Shown here piece by piece: positions 1 to 15,931 of a DNA stretch of 64,000 nt. Position numbers and translations under genes: made by a program. Source of the DNA: an uncultured bacterium (GTDB lineage: Bacteria; Krumholzibacteriota; Krumholzibacteriia; JACNKJ01); contig CAVOFT010000001.1 in the NCBI GenBank assembly GCA_963695095.1, positions 1,760,001 through 1,824,000 on the forward strand. Reading direction: 5' to 3'. Position 1 is the first letter of the stretch; each line of letters starts with the position of its first letter. The notes below the pieces were generated by a model. It was not told the origin of the DNA and ran no database searches. It saw only the letters and a list, made by a program, of their open reading frames with translations.

Positions 1-66
1 GCGGCCGGCCTCGCCCGCGTGCTCAGTCTGCGCTGATAAAGTCGGCGCCGCGCGGGGAAATTGCCA

Positions 67-95
67 TTGACAGTGCCCAGGCTCCCGAACAGTAT
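67..95 (+). promoter_or_regulatory. sigma70-type promoter of the nuo operon
   Basis: TTGACA (67-72), 17-nt spacer, CAGTAT (90-95), about 27 nt upstream of the nuoA ATG. Confidence 0.55.
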
Positions 96-122
96 GTCAC
101 GGATTGTGATGAAAGGTGCGAG

Positions 123-551
123 ATGAGCCTGATCGCCGCCGCGGACAGCTTCGCCGCCGGCTCCTATCTTCCCATCGCCATCCTCATCCTGGTCGCCCTG
201 CTCCTGTCGGGCGCCATGGTGGCGGCCAGCCGCTATGTCGGCCGGCGGCTGGACGCGCCGGGGAAGGCCACGCCCTACGAGTCGGGGATGGAGCCCAAGG
301 GCGACGCCCGCGAGCGCTTCTCCGTGAAGTTCTACCTGGTCGCCATCCTGTTCATCCTCTTCGACATCGAGGTCGTCTTCCTCTACCCCTGGGCGGTTCA
401 GCTCAAGCAGCTCGGCCGCTTCGGGCTCATCGAGATGGGCATCTTCCTGCTCATCCTCATGGTCGGCTACTTCTACATCCGCGGCAGCGGCGCCCTGGAC
501 TGGGACCGCGGCGGCCTCTACGAGCGGCGGGGGCCCGATGTCGACGCCTGA
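123..551 (+). CDS. nuoA: NADH-quinone oxidoreductase subunit A
   Basis: KATPYESG, FSVKFYLVAILFILFDIEVVFLYPWAV, GALDW; 3 TM helices. Confidence 0.97.
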   Translation: MSLIAAADSFAAGSYLPIAILILVALLLSGAMVAASRYVGRRLDAPGKATPYESGMEPKGDARERFSVKFYLVAILFILFDIEVVFLYPWAVQLKQLGRFGLIEMGIFLLILMVGYFYIRGSGALDWDRGGLYERRGPDVDA

Positions 552-1038
552 GGAGCTGGCCGCCTTCGCCGCCCAGGCCCAGCGCTGCTTCGGGGCGGCG
601 CTGCTGGAGCTCGAGCAGGCGAGGGGCGAGCTGACCCTGCGCGTGGGGCCGGAGGACCTGCTCGCGCTCCTGACCTGGGCCCGCGATGAGGCCGAGCCGC
701 GCCTGAGCATGCTCACGGACATCAGCGGCGTCGACGGGCTGGGCCTGGGCTGGCAGCCCCGCTTTCGCGTCAGCTACCATCTGCTCAGCCTGGCCACGGG
801 GCTGCGCCTGCGCGTGCAGGCCGATACCGTCGCGACGGAGACGGGCTGGGCGCTGCCCACCGCCACCGGGCTCTGGCCCATGGCCGACTGGAACGAGCGC
901 GAGGTCTGGGACCTGATGGGCATCGCCTTCACAGGGCATCCGGATCCACGGCGCATCCTGCTGCACGAGGACTATGCGCTGGGCCATCCCCTGCGCAAGG
1001 AAGTTCCCACCCGCGGCGTGGGCGACGACAACCGCTAG
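538..1038 (+). CDS. nuoC: NADH-quinone oxidoreductase subunit C (stand-alone, not a CD fusion)
   Basis: LTDISGVD, ADWNEREVWDLMGIAFTGHPDPRRILL...GHPLRK signature. Confidence 0.95.
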   Translation: MSTPEELAAFAAQAQRCFGAALLELEQARGELTLRVGPEDLLALLTWARDEAEPRLSMLTDISGVDGLGLGWQPRFRVSYHLLSLATGLRLRVQADTVATETGWALPTATGLWPMADWNEREVWDLMGIAFTGHPDPRRILLHEDYALGHPLRKEVPTRGVGDDNR

Positions 1039-1112
1039 CTGCGACGCGCAGGCCGCAGGGCGCGGCCGCCCGGCCGGCGCCGGGCCGGTCTCGCGAAACG
1101 AGGAGTGAGGGC

Positions 1113-1577
1113 ATGGTCGCTGAGGCCGTCCAGCGCGAGATCGACGCCATCGTGGCGCGCTACCCGGATCCGCGTTCGGCGCTGCTGCCCATCCTGCACC
1201 TGCTGCAGCGGGAGGAGGGCTGGCTCAGCCCCGCCGCCCAGAGCTGGGCCGCCGAGCGCCTGGCGCTCAGTCCGGCGATGGTGCAGGGCGTGGTCACCTT
1301 CTACACGATGTTCAACGCCGAGCCGGTGGGCCGCCACCTGATCCAGCTCTGCCGCACCCTGAGCTGCGAGCTGCGCGGCTCGCTGGACATCCGCGCCGCC
1401 CTGAAGCAGCGCCTGGGCATCGGTCCCGGCGAGACCAGCGCCGACGGCCGCTTCACGCTGGTGGAGGTGGAGTGCCTGGGCGCCTGCGGCACGGCGCCCG
1501 CGATGATGATCGGAGAGACCTACTACGAGAATCTGACGGCCGCCGGCCTGGATGCGCTGCTGGCCGCGCATCCCTGA
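1113..1577 (+). CDS. nuoE: NADH-quinone oxidoreductase subunit E
   Basis: RSALLPILHLLQ, VVTFYTMF, 2Fe-2S ligands CRTLSC...CLGACGTAP; RBS GAGGAG/GAGG. Confidence 0.96.
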   Translation: MVAEAVQREIDAIVARYPDPRSALLPILHLLQREEGWLSPAAQSWAAERLALSPAMVQGVVTFYTMFNAEPVGRHLIQLCRTLSCELRGSLDIRAALKQRLGIGPGETSADGRFTLVEVECLGACGTAPAMMIGETYYENLTAAGLDALLAAHP

Positions 1578-1600
1578 CGAGGCCACCCGGCGAGGACGCA

Positions 1601-2880
<1,280 letters not shown>

Positions 2881-2881
<1 letters not shown>

Positions 2882-3912
2882 TGGCCGACCTCATCATCAC
2901 GGTGGCGAAGATCCTGGCCATCGTGCTCGTCGTCCTGCTCGGGGTGGCCTACATGACCCTGGCCGAGCGCAAGGTCTCGGCCTTCATCCAGTGGCGGAAG
3001 GGGCCCAACCGCGTCGGTCCCTGGGGCCTGCTGCAGCCCATCGCCGACGGCCTCAAGTTCGTCCTCAAGGAGGACTTCACGCCGCCGGGCGCGAACCGGG
3101 CGCTGCACACGCTGGCCCCCATGCTGGTGATGATGCCGGCGCTGATCACCTACGCGGTCATCCCCTTCGGCGGCACCCTGCCCATCCTGGGCCACGAGGT
3201 GCGCCTGATCGTGGCTGACTTGTCCATTGGTATCCTCTTCATTTTCGCCATCGCCAGCCTCGGCGTCTACGGCATCGCCGTGGGCGGCTGGTCGAGCAAC
3301 AACAAGTACGCCCTCCTCGGCAGCTTGCGCGCCAGCGCGCAGATGATCAGCTACGAGATCGCCTTGGGCCTGGCCGTGATCCCGGTGATCATGTTCGTCG
3401 GCTCGCTGAAGCTCACGGACATCGTCGCCCACCAGGGGGCCAATCCCTGGTTCGTCCTCAGCCAGCCGCTGAGTTGCCTGCTCTTCGTGATCGCCGCCTT
3501 CGCCGAGACCAACCGCCTGCCCTTCGACCTGCCCGAGGCGGAGTCCGAGCTGGTGGCCGGCTACCACACCGAGTACAGCTCGATGAAGTTCGCCATGTTC
3601 ATGCTCGGCGAGTACGTCAACATGATGACGGCCAGCGCGCTGATCGTGACGCTCTTCTTCGGCGGCTATCACCTACCCTGGGTAGAGGGCCTGGCCTTCT
3701 TCGGCGCCCACCCCGGCTGGCTGGCGCTGCTGCAGATCGCCACCTTCCTGGCCAAGGTCTGCGTCTGGCTCTTCATCTTCCTGTGGGTGCGCTGGTCGCT
3801 GCCGCGCTTCCGCTACGATCAGCTGATGGGTCTGGGCTGGCGCGTGCTGCTGCCCCTCGCCCTGGCCAACCTGGCCTTCTACGGTCTGTGGACCCTCAAG
3901 GACCTGCAGTAG
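2881..3912 (+). CDS. nuoH: NADH-quinone oxidoreductase subunit H
   Basis: ERKVSAFIQWRKGPNRVGPWGLLQPIADGLK, AETNRLPFDLPEAESELVAGYHTEYS, LPRFRYDQLM; TGATG overlap with nuoF. Confidence 0.97.
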
Positions 3913-3921
3913 GGAGGGCGC

Positions 3922-4413
3922 GTGAAAGAGCTTCTCTTCTATTTCTTCGCCGTCCTCGCCCTGGTCTCGGGGCTGCTCGTGATCACGCGGCGCAATCCGC
4001 TCACCGCTGCGCTCTACCTGGTGCTCGCCTTCTTCTCGCTGGCCGGGATCTACGTCCTGCTCGACGCCTTCTTCCTGGCCGCGGTGCAGGTGGCGGTCTA
4101 CGCGGGCGCCATCATGGTGCTCTTCCTCTTCGTGATCATGCTGCTCAATCTGGGCCCCGACGACCTGCCGCCGATCATGACCCGCAAGGTGCGCTGGGTC
4201 TACGCGGCCGCCAGCGCTCTGCTCGTAGTGGTCTTCCTGGCCCTCGATCTGGGCCGCCGGCTGCCGCCGCCGGCACCGGGGCCCGCGGGCGAGGTGGGGG
4301 CCATCGGCGAGCGCCTCTTCGGCGCCTACCTGCTGCCCTTCGAAATCACCGCCGTCCTGCTCCTGGTGGCCATCGTCGGTTCCGTGGTGCTGGCCCACCG
4401 CGAGTCCAAGTGA
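3922..4413 (+). CDS. nuoJ: NADH-quinone oxidoreductase subunit J
   Basis: QVAVYAGAIMVLFLFVIMLL, YLLPFEITAVLLLVAIVG. Confidence 0.96.
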   Translation: MKELLFYFFAVLALVSGLLVITRRNPLTAALYLVLAFFSLAGIYVLLDAFFLAAVQVAVYAGAIMVLFLFVIMLLNLGPDDLPPIMTRKVRWVYAAASALLVVVFLALDLGRRLPPPAPGPAGEVGAIGERLFGAYLLPFEITAVLLLVAIVGSVVLAHRESK

Positions 4414-4431
4414 AGCGCTAGGAGGCGCGCC

Positions 4432-4734
4432 GTGATCGATCTCAACCATGCGCTCGTCGTCTCCTTCCTGCTCTTCGGCATCGGCGTGGCCGGCGTGCTG
4501 CTGCGCCGCAACGCGATCGTCGTCTTCATGTCCATCGAGCTGATGCTCAACGCGGTCAACCTGGCGCTCGTCACCTTCTCTCGCCTGCGCGGCGACCTCG
4601 ACGCCCAGGTGCTCTGCTTCTTCGTGATGGCGGTGGCGGCCGCGGAGGCGGCCATCGGTCTCGGCCTCGTCATCGCGCTGTTCAGGCGGCACGAGAGCAT
4701 CGACCTCGACCGGGCGACCCTGCTCAGGAGCTAG
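4432..4734 (+). CDS. nuoK: NADH-quinone oxidoreductase subunit K
   Basis: [32 protein letters not shown]. Confidence 0.97.
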   Translation: MIDLNHALVVSFLLFGIGVAGVLLRRNAIVVFMSIELMLNAVNLALVTFSRLRGDLDAQVLCFFVMAVAAAEAAIGLGLVIALFRRHESIDLDRATLLRS

Positions 4735-4736
4735 GC

Positions 4737-6684
<1,948 letters not shown>

Positions 6685-6693
6685 GGGGGAAGG

Positions 6694-8285
<1,592 letters not shown>

Positions 8286-8291
8286 GCCACC

Positions 8292-9737
8292 GTGGACTCG
8301 AGCCTCAGCCTGGCCGCCCCCGCCATCGTGCTCGTGCTCGCGGCGATGCTCGTGCTGCTCGTCGAGCTGCCCCGGCGCCGCCGCGGCGGCGGCGAGGGCT
8401 GGCTCTCGGATGCCATTGCCCTCGCCGGCTTCGCCGTGGCGGCAGTGCTCGTCCTGCGCCAGTGGGGCGCGCCCAGCAGCCTCGGCTTCGGCGGCCGCTG
8501 GGTGCAGGATGGTCTGGCCACCTATTTCCACCTGCTCTTCCTGGGCATCGGCGCCGCCACCCAGCTGATGGCGATGCCCTACCTGCGCCGGGAGGCGCTG
8601 CCGCGGCTGGAGTTCCTCGCCCTGCTGCTCTTCGCCGTCACCGGCATGCTGCTCATGGCCGCCGCCACCGAGCTGATCACCTTCTTCCTCGCCCTGGAAC
8701 TCCTCTCGATGGCGCTCTACGTGCTGGCCGGCTACCAGCGCCGCCAGGCGCGCAGCATCGAGGCGGCGATCAAGTACTTCCTGCTCGGCGCCTTCGCCAG
8801 CGCGCTCCTGCTCATGGGCATGGCCCTGCACTGGGGGGCCACGGGCAGCCTCGCCCTGCACGCGGCCGCGCCGGTGGGCGCCGGCGCCCAGTTCAGTCCC
8901 GCCCTGGCGCGGGCCGGCTTCTGGCTCATCCTCGTCGGCTTCGCCTTCAAGGTGAGCGCCGTGCCCTTCCACTTCTGGACGGCCGATGTCTACGACGGCA
9001 GTCCGGCGCCGGTGGCCGCCCTGATGGCGACGGGCACGAAGGCGGCCGCCTTCGCCGGGCTGCTGCGCCTGCTGGGCCCGGGTCTGGCGCCGCCGCCGGC
9101 CGAGTGGGTGCCCGTGCTCTGGTGGCTGGCCGTGCTGACGATGTCGGTGGGCAACCTGATGGCCATCGTGCAGAGCAATCTCAAGCGCATGCTGGCCTTC
9201 TCCAGCGTCGCCCACGCGGGCTACCTGCTGGTGGCGGTCGTGACCGCCACGCAGGGCGCGGCGCGGGCGCTGCTCTTCTATCTGGTGGCCTACACGCTGA
9301 TGAACCTGGGCGCCTTCGCCGTGCTCAGCCTCGTCGCCCGCAAGGGCGAGGAGTACCAGTCCATCTACGACTATGCGGGCCTCGCCCGGCGGCAGCCCGC
9401 CCTCGCGATCCTGATGAGCGTCTTCCTCTTCGCCCTGGCCGGGATCCCGCCCACGGCGGGCTTCACGGGCAAGTTCGTCATCTTCGCCGAGGCGGTGCGC
9501 GCCGGTCTGCTGCCCCTGGCGATCATCGCCGTGCTCAACAGCCTGGTCTCGGTCTACTACTACCTGCGGGTCATCTACCTGATGACCATGAAGGAGGAGT
9601 GGGAGGAGACACCGGCCTTCGGCGTGCCGGCACCCGTGGCGCTGGTCCTGGCCGGCGCCCTGCTGCTCGTGCTCTGGCTGGGGCTGGCCCCCGGCCAGCT
9701 GCTGGCGGCCGCTGCCTATGCGGCGCGCGCGCTCTGA
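8292..9737 (+). CDS. nuoN: NADH-quinone oxidoreductase subunit N
   Basis: EAAIKYFLLGAFAS, FKVSAVPFHFWTADVYDGSP, NLKRMLAFSSVAHAGY, LAGIPPTAGFTGK. Confidence 0.96.
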   Translation: MDSSLSLAAPAIVLVLAAMLVLLVELPRRRRGGGEGWLSDAIALAGFAVAAVLVLRQWGAPSSLGFGGRWVQDGLATYFHLLFLGIGAATQLMAMPYLRREALPRLEFLALLLFAVTGMLLMAAATELITFFLALELLSMALYVLAGYQRRQARSIEAAIKYFLLGAFASALLLMGMALHWGATGSLALHAAAPVGAGAQFSPALARAGFWLILVGFAFKVSAVPFHFWTADVYDGSPAPVAALMATGTKAAAFAGLLRLLGPGLAPPPAEWVPVLWWLAVLTMSVGNLMAIVQSNLKRMLAFSSVAHAGYLLVAVVTATQGAARALLFYLVAYTLMNLGAFAVLSLVARKGEEYQSIYDYAGLARRQPALAILMSVFLFALAGIPPTAGFTGKFVIFAEAVRAGLLPLAIIAVLNSLVSVYYYLRVIYLMTMKEEWEETPAFGVPAPVALVLAGALLLVLWLGLAPGQLLAAAAYAARAL

Positions 9738-9749
9738 GTCCGGGCTCGC

Positions 9750-9779
9750 TTGACCGCGTGCGCGGCCCGGGCGTAGACT
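9750..9779 (+). promoter_or_regulatory. sigma70-type promoter of the S55 peptidase operon
   Basis: TTGACC (9750-9755), 18-nt spacer, TAGACT (9774-9779). Confidence 0.45.
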
Positions 9780-9832
9780 CGCGCCCCCGCCCGCCCGGCC
9801 TTCCCTCGAGGACCTTCGCAAAGGATGGCTGC

Positions 9833-11680
9833 ATGCCTCGCCCCCTCCGCTTCGGCGCCGCAGCCGCCGCCCTCGCGCTTCTCCTGGCTGCGGGCGGCCC
9901 GCCGGCCTCGGCCGCGGAGCTCTTTCCGCTCGCGGAACTCAGGCCCGGACTGCGGGGCGAAGGCTTCAGCGTCTTCGCGGGGGACAGCATCAGTCGCTTC
10001 CCGGTGGAGATCGTCGATCGCATCGTCGGGCGCGCGCCCCACGAGCTGATCCTCGTGCGCTGCCTGGGCGAGCAGCTGGCGCGCGACGGCATCAGCCAGG
10101 GCATGAGCGGCAGCCCGGTCTACGTGGAGGGCCGCTGGCTGGGGGCCATCGCCTACAACTTCAGCTTCGCCAAGGAACCGCTGGCCCTGGTGACGCCGGC
10201 CGCCGCCATGCTCGCCCTGGGCGATCGGGCGCGGGGGACAGGGCCTCGCGCCGCCGGGGGCAGCCAGCGGACGCTGCCTTATCTGGCCGCGGACTGGTCG
10301 CCCGCGCTCGCGCCGCTGGCGCTGCCCGCCGCTGGTCCCCTGCCGCTGGCCGTGGGCGGACTGGCGCCGGCGGCCATGCAGCGCCTGACGGAGCGCTATC
10401 GGCCGGCCGGCCTCGAGTTCATGCCCCTGGGTGTCGCGGCCGGCACCGCCAGCTCCGGCAGCGAGGAGAGCGCGCCGGCCTTGCTTCCCGGCGCGGCCCT
10501 GGCCGTCGAGCTCCTGCGCGGGCCGATCACGACGGCGGCGCTGGGCACGCTCAGCCACGTGGAGGGCGACAAGCTCTGGGCCTTCGGCCATCCCTTCCTC
10601 GGCGAGGGTCCGAGCGAACTGCCCCTGGCCGCGGCCCACATCCACGCCGTGCTGCCCAGCCTCTTCAACTCCTTCAAGCTCGGCACGATGGGGGAGCGCG
10701 TGGGCAGCCTGCTCGTCGACGGCGAGGCGGGCATCTACGGCCAGCTCGGCCCCGGTCCCTCCCTGCTGCCCCTGCGCGTGCAGCTCAGCCGCGCGGGGGG
10801 CCGCGAGAGCGCGGCCTTCGAGCTGGTCCGCCACCGGCAGCTCACTCCCCTGCTCGCCCGCCTCGCCCTGGACGGCTGGCTGCCCGCCCATCTCGGCGAG
10901 CAGGAGCAGGGCGCCCTGGAGCTGGTCCTCGGCCTGGCGCCGGCCCGCGGCGAGCCCGCCATGCCGCCCTTGCGCCTCGAGGAGCGCTTCGCCGGCCGGG
11001 GCAGCGCGCAGGCGGCGGGAGCCTGGCTGCAATCCCTGCTGCAAGCGCTCGCGGAGAGCCCCGAGGGTCCCCTGCCGCTGGACTCCCTCAGCGTGGAACT
11101 CACCTGGCGCGGCGGCGAGGAGCCCCTGCGCCTGCATGACCTCAGCCTGCAGCGGGAGGCCGTGCGCGGCGGCGAGCCCTGGCAGCTCTGCCTCCGCCTC
11201 GCCCAGGACGGCGAACCGGGCCAGGCCGCCCCCCGCGAGTGGCGCCTGGCCTTTCCGGATCCCGCGCTCGGCCCCATCGAGCGGCTCGTCGGCGCCCTGC
11301 CGCCCGGGGACTACCGGCTGCACGTCGCCGACGGCACCAGCTTCGAGCGCTGGAACGCCGCCCGCCAGCCCGCGCTCTACACCGTCGACGACCATGCGGC
11401 GCTGCTTGCGCTGCTCGGGCGGCTGGCGAGCAGCGGCGAGTGGGTGCTCTGGCTCGAGGCCCCGGGCGAGGACCGCGTGGCGGCCGGCCGCGAGTTCAAC
11501 CTGCCTCTGCGCTATCGCGCGCTGGCGCCCGTCTCGCGCCGCGAAGCCATCCTGAGTCCCAAGGAGCCGCGGCGGATCCTGGCCCTGCAGCGCCTCGAGG
11601 TGCCGGCCGGCGCCGCCGCGGCCGGACACCTCTCGATGCCGGTCACCGTTCTGGACACCCCGCGAAGGAGCAAGCCGTGA
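9833..11680 (+). CDS. Secreted SpoIVB-like peptidase S55 domain protein
   Basis: Signal peptide; LRPGLRGEGFSVFAG, GISQGMSGSPVYVEGRWLGAIAY (catalytic Ser motif), AFGHPFL; real start ATG 9833 inside the 8282..11680 ORF. Confidence 0.85.
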   Translation: MPRPLRFGAAAAALALLLAAGGPPASAAELFPLAELRPGLRGEGFSVFAGDSISRFPVEIVDRIVGRAPHELILVRCLGEQLARDGISQGMSGSPVYVEGRWLGAIAYNFSFAKEPLALVTPAAAMLALGDRARGTGPRAAGGSQRTLPYLAADWSPALAPLALPAAGPLPLAVGGLAPAAMQRLTERYRPAGLEFMPLGVAAGTASSGSEESAPALLPGAALAVELLRGPITTAALGTLSHVEGDKLWAFGHPFLGEGPSELPLAAAHIHAVLPSLFNSFKLGTMGERVGSLLVDGEAGIYGQLGPGPSLLPLRVQLSRAGGRESAAFELVRHRQLTPLLARLALDGWLPAHLGEQEQGALELVLGLAPARGEPAMPPLRLEERFAGRGSAQAAGAWLQSLLQALAESPEGPLPLDSLSVELTWRGGEEPLRLHDLSLQREAVRGGEPWQLCLRLAQDGEPGQAAPREWRLAFPDPALGPIERLVGALPPGDYRLHVADGTSFERWNAARQPALYTVDDHAALLALLGRLASSGEWVLWLEAPGEDRVAAGREFNLPLRYRALAPVSRREAILSPKEPRRILALQRLEVPAGAAAAGHLSMPVTVLDTPRRSKP

Positions 11681-13779
11681 TCCTGCTGCGCGCCGCCCGA
11701 GTCGGCCTCGCCCTTCTCCTCCTGTTGCCCGCCGCCGCCGGCGCCGTGCGCACGGAGTACTATCGCTACGCCCGCATGGAGGACTACCAGGACGCCAGCT
11801 TCCGCGAACTCGTCCTGGCCGACGACGGCAGCTGGCGCCTCGGCGCGCGCTGGCAGGAACTGCTGGCCGACGAGGTCGACTACTTCTCCGAACTCGCCGA
11901 CGATGGCAAGACCCTGCTCCTGGTCGGCGGCGGCAATCCGGGCAAGCTGGTGCTCTTCGACAAGGCGGGCGGGCGCCACCGCCAGATCCACAGCGCCCCC
12001 GACGAGCTCTTCGCCTGCGCCGAGAACCTGGGTCCGGGCGAGTGGATGGCGGGCGCCGGTCCCGGCGGCACGGTCCACCGCGTCAACGCGGCGGGGGAAG
12101 TGACGACGGCGATCGCCACGGGCGAGGAGTTCGTCTGGGACCTGCTCAAGGACGGCCAGACGCTCTGGATCGCCACCGGGAGCCGCGGGGCCATCCTCAG
12201 GCACGATCTCAAGAGCGGCGCCACGGAGACCTTCGCCACCCTGCCTGACCAGAGCGTTTTCTGCCTGGCCCTGGACGGCGAGGGCCGCCTCCTCGCCGGC
12301 ACCAGCGGCGCGGGTCTGCTCTATCGCTTCGCGCGGGACGGGAAGCGCGAGCAGCTCGCGGACTTCGATGCCGAGGAAGTGCAGGCGCTCGTCGCCGAAG
12401 CGGATGGCGCCATCGTCGTGGCGGTGGCCCAGGCCGAGCCCGACTGCGAGGAGAACTGCGCGGCCGTCTACCGTCTCCAGCCAGATGGCCTGCTCGAGAA
12501 GTTGCTCGGCTCGGATTCGGCCTTCATCGGCGATCTGCTGCCGAGCCCGGCGGGCGGGCTCTGGGTGGCCGCCGGCGACCCCGGCGAACTGGACCGTCTC
12601 ACGGGCCCCTATCACGGCGAGGTGCTGGGCGTCGAGCCCGAGCGCTATTACAGCGACCTCGCTCTGGACGCCGACGGCGAGACGCTCTGGCTCCTGCAGT
12701 CCAAGCCGGCCCGGCTCCTGCGCATCGGCGGCCGCGCCGAGACGGGTACCTTGACCTCGGAGGTGCTCGACCTGAACAACCGCAGCCGGATGGGCTCGCT
12801 GTGGCTCGAGGCCGAAGTGCCGCGGGGCTGCGGCTTCACGGTGGAGGCCCGCGCCGGCCATGGCGCGGAGCCCGGCGAGGGCTGGACGGACTGGGCCTCC
12901 GGCGCGAGCGAGACGGGTGGGGCGGGTCTGGGCTACCGCTTCGCGCTGCCCACTGCGCGCTACTTCCAGTGGCGCATCCGCTTCGAGGGCGCGGGCGAGC
13001 GGAGCCCGCACCTCCATCGGGTGACGGCCAGCTTCCTGCCCCTGAACCGCGCGCCCCTGGTGGGCAATTTCAATCTGCTGCGGCCGGAGGCGGGGCCCTT
13101 CGAAGACGCCATCGACCTGGGCGGCCGCCCCTTCACGCAGGTGCTCGAGCGCGGCGTCCGCGTGCAGTACCAGCAGAAGAGCGGACCCGACCTTGCGGCG
13201 GATCCGGACCTGGCCGCCTGGCGCGGGCTGCGCGAACTGCACTGGGACTGGCTGGACCCGGACGCGGACCGCCTGCGCGGGCGCATCGACCTGCAGCGCG
13301 AGGGCGAAACGCGCTGGCAGACCCTGGTGGAGGACTGGACGAGCAACACCTACACCTGGGACACGCGCGGCCTGCCCGATGGCCGCTATCGCCTGCGCCT
13401 CGTCGTCGACGACGGCCTGGACAACGGCGCCGGCTTCGCGCGGACCAGCGAAGTGGAGAGCGAGCGCGTGCTCCTGGACAGCGAGCCGCCGGTCTGCGCG
13501 CTGGCGCTGGAGCGCCGGGAGGGGTCACTGCGCCTGCGCGGCAGCGTGGCGGATGCCGCGAGCCTGCTCACGCAGGTGCAGCTGCGCGTGGGGGAGGAGC
13601 CCTGGCGTCGCCTCACCCAGTCCGACGGCCTCATGGACCGCCAGCGCCTGGACCTGGACCTCGATCTCGACCCGGCGCCCGCGGCCGCGCAGCTCGAGCT
13701 GCGCGCCGGCGACGAGTACGGCAACTGGGGCTACTTCCGCAGTGAGCTGCCGGTGCCGCCCGCCCGGTCCGGCCGCTAG
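11677..13779 (+). CDS. Secreted beta-propeller protein with C-terminal beta-sandwich/Ig-like domains
   Basis: GTGA overlap with upstream gene; signal peptide; propeller repeats ([28 protein letters not shown]); WTDW...ARYFQWR and [21 protein letters not shown]. Confidence 0.7.
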   Translation: MILLRAARVGLALLLLLPAAAGAVRTEYYRYARMEDYQDASFRELVLADDGSWRLGARWQELLADEVDYFSELADDGKTLLLVGGGNPGKLVLFDKAGGRHRQIHSAPDELFACAENLGPGEWMAGAGPGGTVHRVNAAGEVTTAIATGEEFVWDLLKDGQTLWIATGSRGAILRHDLKSGATETFATLPDQSVFCLALDGEGRLLAGTSGAGLLYRFARDGKREQLADFDAEEVQALVAEADGAIVVAVAQAEPDCEENCAAVYRLQPDGLLEKLLGSDSAFIGDLLPSPAGGLWVAAGDPGELDRLTGPYHGEVLGVEPERYYSDLALDADGETLWLLQSKPARLLRIGGRAETGTLTSEVLDLNNRSRMGSLWLEAEVPRGCGFTVEARAGHGAEPGEGWTDWASGASETGGAGLGYRFALPTARYFQWRIRFEGAGERSPHLHRVTASFLPLNRAPLVGNFNLLRPEAGPFEDAIDLGGRPFTQVLERGVRVQYQQKSGPDLAADPDLAAWRGLRELHWDWLDPDADRLRGRIDLQREGETRWQTLVEDWTSNTYTWDTRGLPDGRYRLRLVVDDGLDNGAGFARTSEVESERVLLDSEPPVCALALERREGSLRLRGSVADAASLLTQVQLRVGEEPWRRLTQSDGLMDRQRLDLDLDLDPAPAAAQLELRAGDEYGNWGYFRSELPVPPARSGR

Positions 13780-13781
13780 CG

Positions 13782-14876
13782 ATGGCGGGGCCTGCCGCCG
13801 GCTTCCGGCGCCTGCTTCTGCTCGCCGACGGCGCCCTGGCCAGGCCGAATGCGAAGACGGCCTTCGCCGTGCTGCGCTTCCAGCCGGAGCGAGCCGTGGC
13901 GCTGCTGGACCGCGAGACCGCCGGCTGCTCGGCCCAGGAGGTGCTGGGCTACGGGGGCGCGCTGCCCATCCTGGCCAGCGTCGCCGAGGCCCTGCCGCTG
14001 GCGCCCGACGGTCTGCTCGTCGGCGTCGCCCCGGCGGGCGGCGGCCTGCCCCCGGCCTACGTCCCCTTCTGCGTCGATGCCCTGGCCGCGGGTCTGGATC
14101 TCGCCAGCGGCCTGCATCGCTTTCTCGGTGAGGATCCCGAGTGGGCGTCGCGCGCGGCGAGCGGTGGCGCCCGCATCTGGGACCTGCGCCGACCGCCCGC
14201 AGCGCTGCGCGTGGCCACCGCGCCGCGGCCGCGGCGAGCGCGCGTGCTGCTCAGCGTGGGCAGCGACTGCAAGGTGGGCAAGATGACGGCCACCCTCCTC
14301 CTCGCCCGCGAGCTCGCAGCGCGCGGCCGGCGCGCGCGGGTGCTGGCCACGGGGCAGACCGGGCTCTTCCTCACCGGCGAGGGCATCTGCGTGGACGCCC
14401 TGCCGGCCGACTTCGTGGCCGGCGCCGTGCAGGCGGGTCTGGACGCCCTGGAGGGCGAGGCCGCGCCCGGTGCTACGCCGCCCGAGTGGCTGCTCGTCGA
14501 GGGCCAGGGTTCGCTCGCTCACCCCGCCTTCTCCGGCGTGAGCCTGGGCCTCCTCCACGGCAGCGCACCCGATGCGCTGCTGCTCTGCCATGAGGCCGGC
14601 CGGCGCCTCACCTCGCACATGGCGGACTGGCCGCTGCCGCCCCTGGCCGAAGTGCGCCGGCAGGTGGAAACCGCCGCGGCCTGGCTGAAGCCCGCTTCCG
14701 TCATCGCCGTGGCGCTGAACACGGCGGCCCTCGCCGAGAGCGCGGCGCGCGCCGCCTGCACGGAGCTCGCCGCCGAGCTCGGGCTCGCCGTCACCGATCC
14801 CCTGCGCTTCGGCGCGGCGGCCCTGGCCGACGCCCTGAGCGCCTTCCCGGGGAAGCAGAAGGAGGCTCCGGCATGA
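13782..14876 (+). CDS. DUF1611 family P-loop protein (DgcN-like)
   Basis: [66 protein letters not shown]. Confidence 0.88.
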   Translation: MAGPAAGFRRLLLLADGALARPNAKTAFAVLRFQPERAVALLDRETAGCSAQEVLGYGGALPILASVAEALPLAPDGLLVGVAPAGGGLPPAYVPFCVDALAAGLDLASGLHRFLGEDPEWASRAASGGARIWDLRRPPAALRVATAPRPRRARVLLSVGSDCKVGKMTATLLLARELAARGRRARVLATGQTGLFLTGEGICVDALPADFVAGAVQAGLDALEGEAAPGATPPEWLLVEGQGSLAHPAFSGVSLGLLHGSAPDALLLCHEAGRRLTSHMADWPLPPLAEVRRQVETAAAWLKPASVIAVALNTAALAESAARAACTELAAELGLAVTDPLRFGAAALADALSAFPGKQKEAPA

Positions 14877-15931
14877 AGCCGCGGCTCACGATCGAGACCC
14901 TGCGCCTGACGACGCGCTATCCCTTTGTCATCGCGCGGGGCGGGGCGCAGCAGTTCGAGAATCTCGTCCTCGCGATCGAGGCCGACGGCCTCGTGGGCGA
15001 GGGCGAGGGCAGTCCCACGCACTACTATGGCGAGACGCCGGCAATCAGCCGCGCGGCGCTGGAGTTCCTGCTCGCGGAGCTGGCGGAGCCGCTGGCGGCG
15101 GCGCTCGCCACGCTGTCGCCGGAGGCCATCGCGGCCCTCATGGCCGCCGCCGATCGCCGGCTGGCCGGCAATCCGGCCGCCAAGGCCGCCCTGGACGGCG
15201 CGCTCTGGGACCTCCACGGCAAGCAGCAGGGCGCGCCCGTCTGGCGGCTGCTCGGATTCACGGAGCCCGCGCGCCTGGCCAGCTCCTTCACCATCGCCCT
15301 GGCTGAGCCCGAACTGATGCTCGCGCGGGCCGAGGAGGCGGTGGCGGCCGGCTACGGCATCCTCAAGCTCAAGGCCGGCAGCGAGCGGGACATCGAGCTG
15401 GTGGAGGCCGTCGCCGCGGCCACGGGTGCGCGCCTGCGCGTGGACGCGAACGGGAGCTGGCGCGCCGCCGATGCCCTCGCCAAGCTCGAGCGCCTGGCCA
15501 TGGCCGGCGTCGAGTTCGTCGAGCAGCCGCTGGAGCTGGACGACCTCGCCGGCTACCGCGCCCTCGTCAGTCGCGCGCCGCTGCCCATCGTGCTCGACGA
15601 GAGCGTCCACGATGCGCTGGGCCTGGAGGTCTTCGGCGAGCTGGCCGACGGCATCAACCTGAAGATCTCCAAGCTGGGCGGGATCACGCGTTCGCTCGCC
15701 CTCGCCCGCAGCGCGCGGGTCTTGAACCTCGACCTGATGATGGGCTGCATGATCGAAAGCAGTCTGGGCATTGCCCAGGCGCTGCAGCTCGCGCCTTTGC
15801 TGCGCTGGGCGGACCTGGACGGCGCGCTGCTGCTCGCCGCCGACCCCTACGCGGGCTTGACCGAGGCGGCGGGGGTCTTCACCCTGGGCGAGGAACCGGG
15901 TCTGGGCGTTCATCGGAGGGAGGCTCGCTGA
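14873..15931 (+). CDS. Dipeptide epimerase (L-Ala-D/L-Glu epimerase / DgcA-like, enolase superfamily)
   Basis: [50 protein letters not shown]. Confidence 0.9.
   Translation: MKPRLTIETLRLTTRYPFVIARGGAQQFENLVLAIEADGLVGEGEGSPTHYYGETPAISRAALEFLLAELAEPLAAALATLSPEAIAALMAAADRRLAGNPAAKAALDGALWDLHGKQQGAPVWRLLGFTEPARLASSFTIALAEPELMLARAEEAVAAGYGILKLKAGSERDIELVEAVAAATGARLRVDANGSWRAADALAKLERLAMAGVEFVEQPLELDDLAGYRALVSRAPLPIVLDESVHDALGLEVFGELADGINLKISKLGGITRSLALARSARVLNLDLMMGCMIESSLGIAQALQLAPLLRWADLDGALLLAADPYAGLTEAAGVFTLGEEPGLGVHRREAR

Noticed and set aside
1575..1600. Selenocysteine read-through at TGA stops (e.g. nuoE)
   Set aside because: The TGA codons I checked fall at expected protein ends, the next gene is out of frame, and no SECIS-like hairpin was evident
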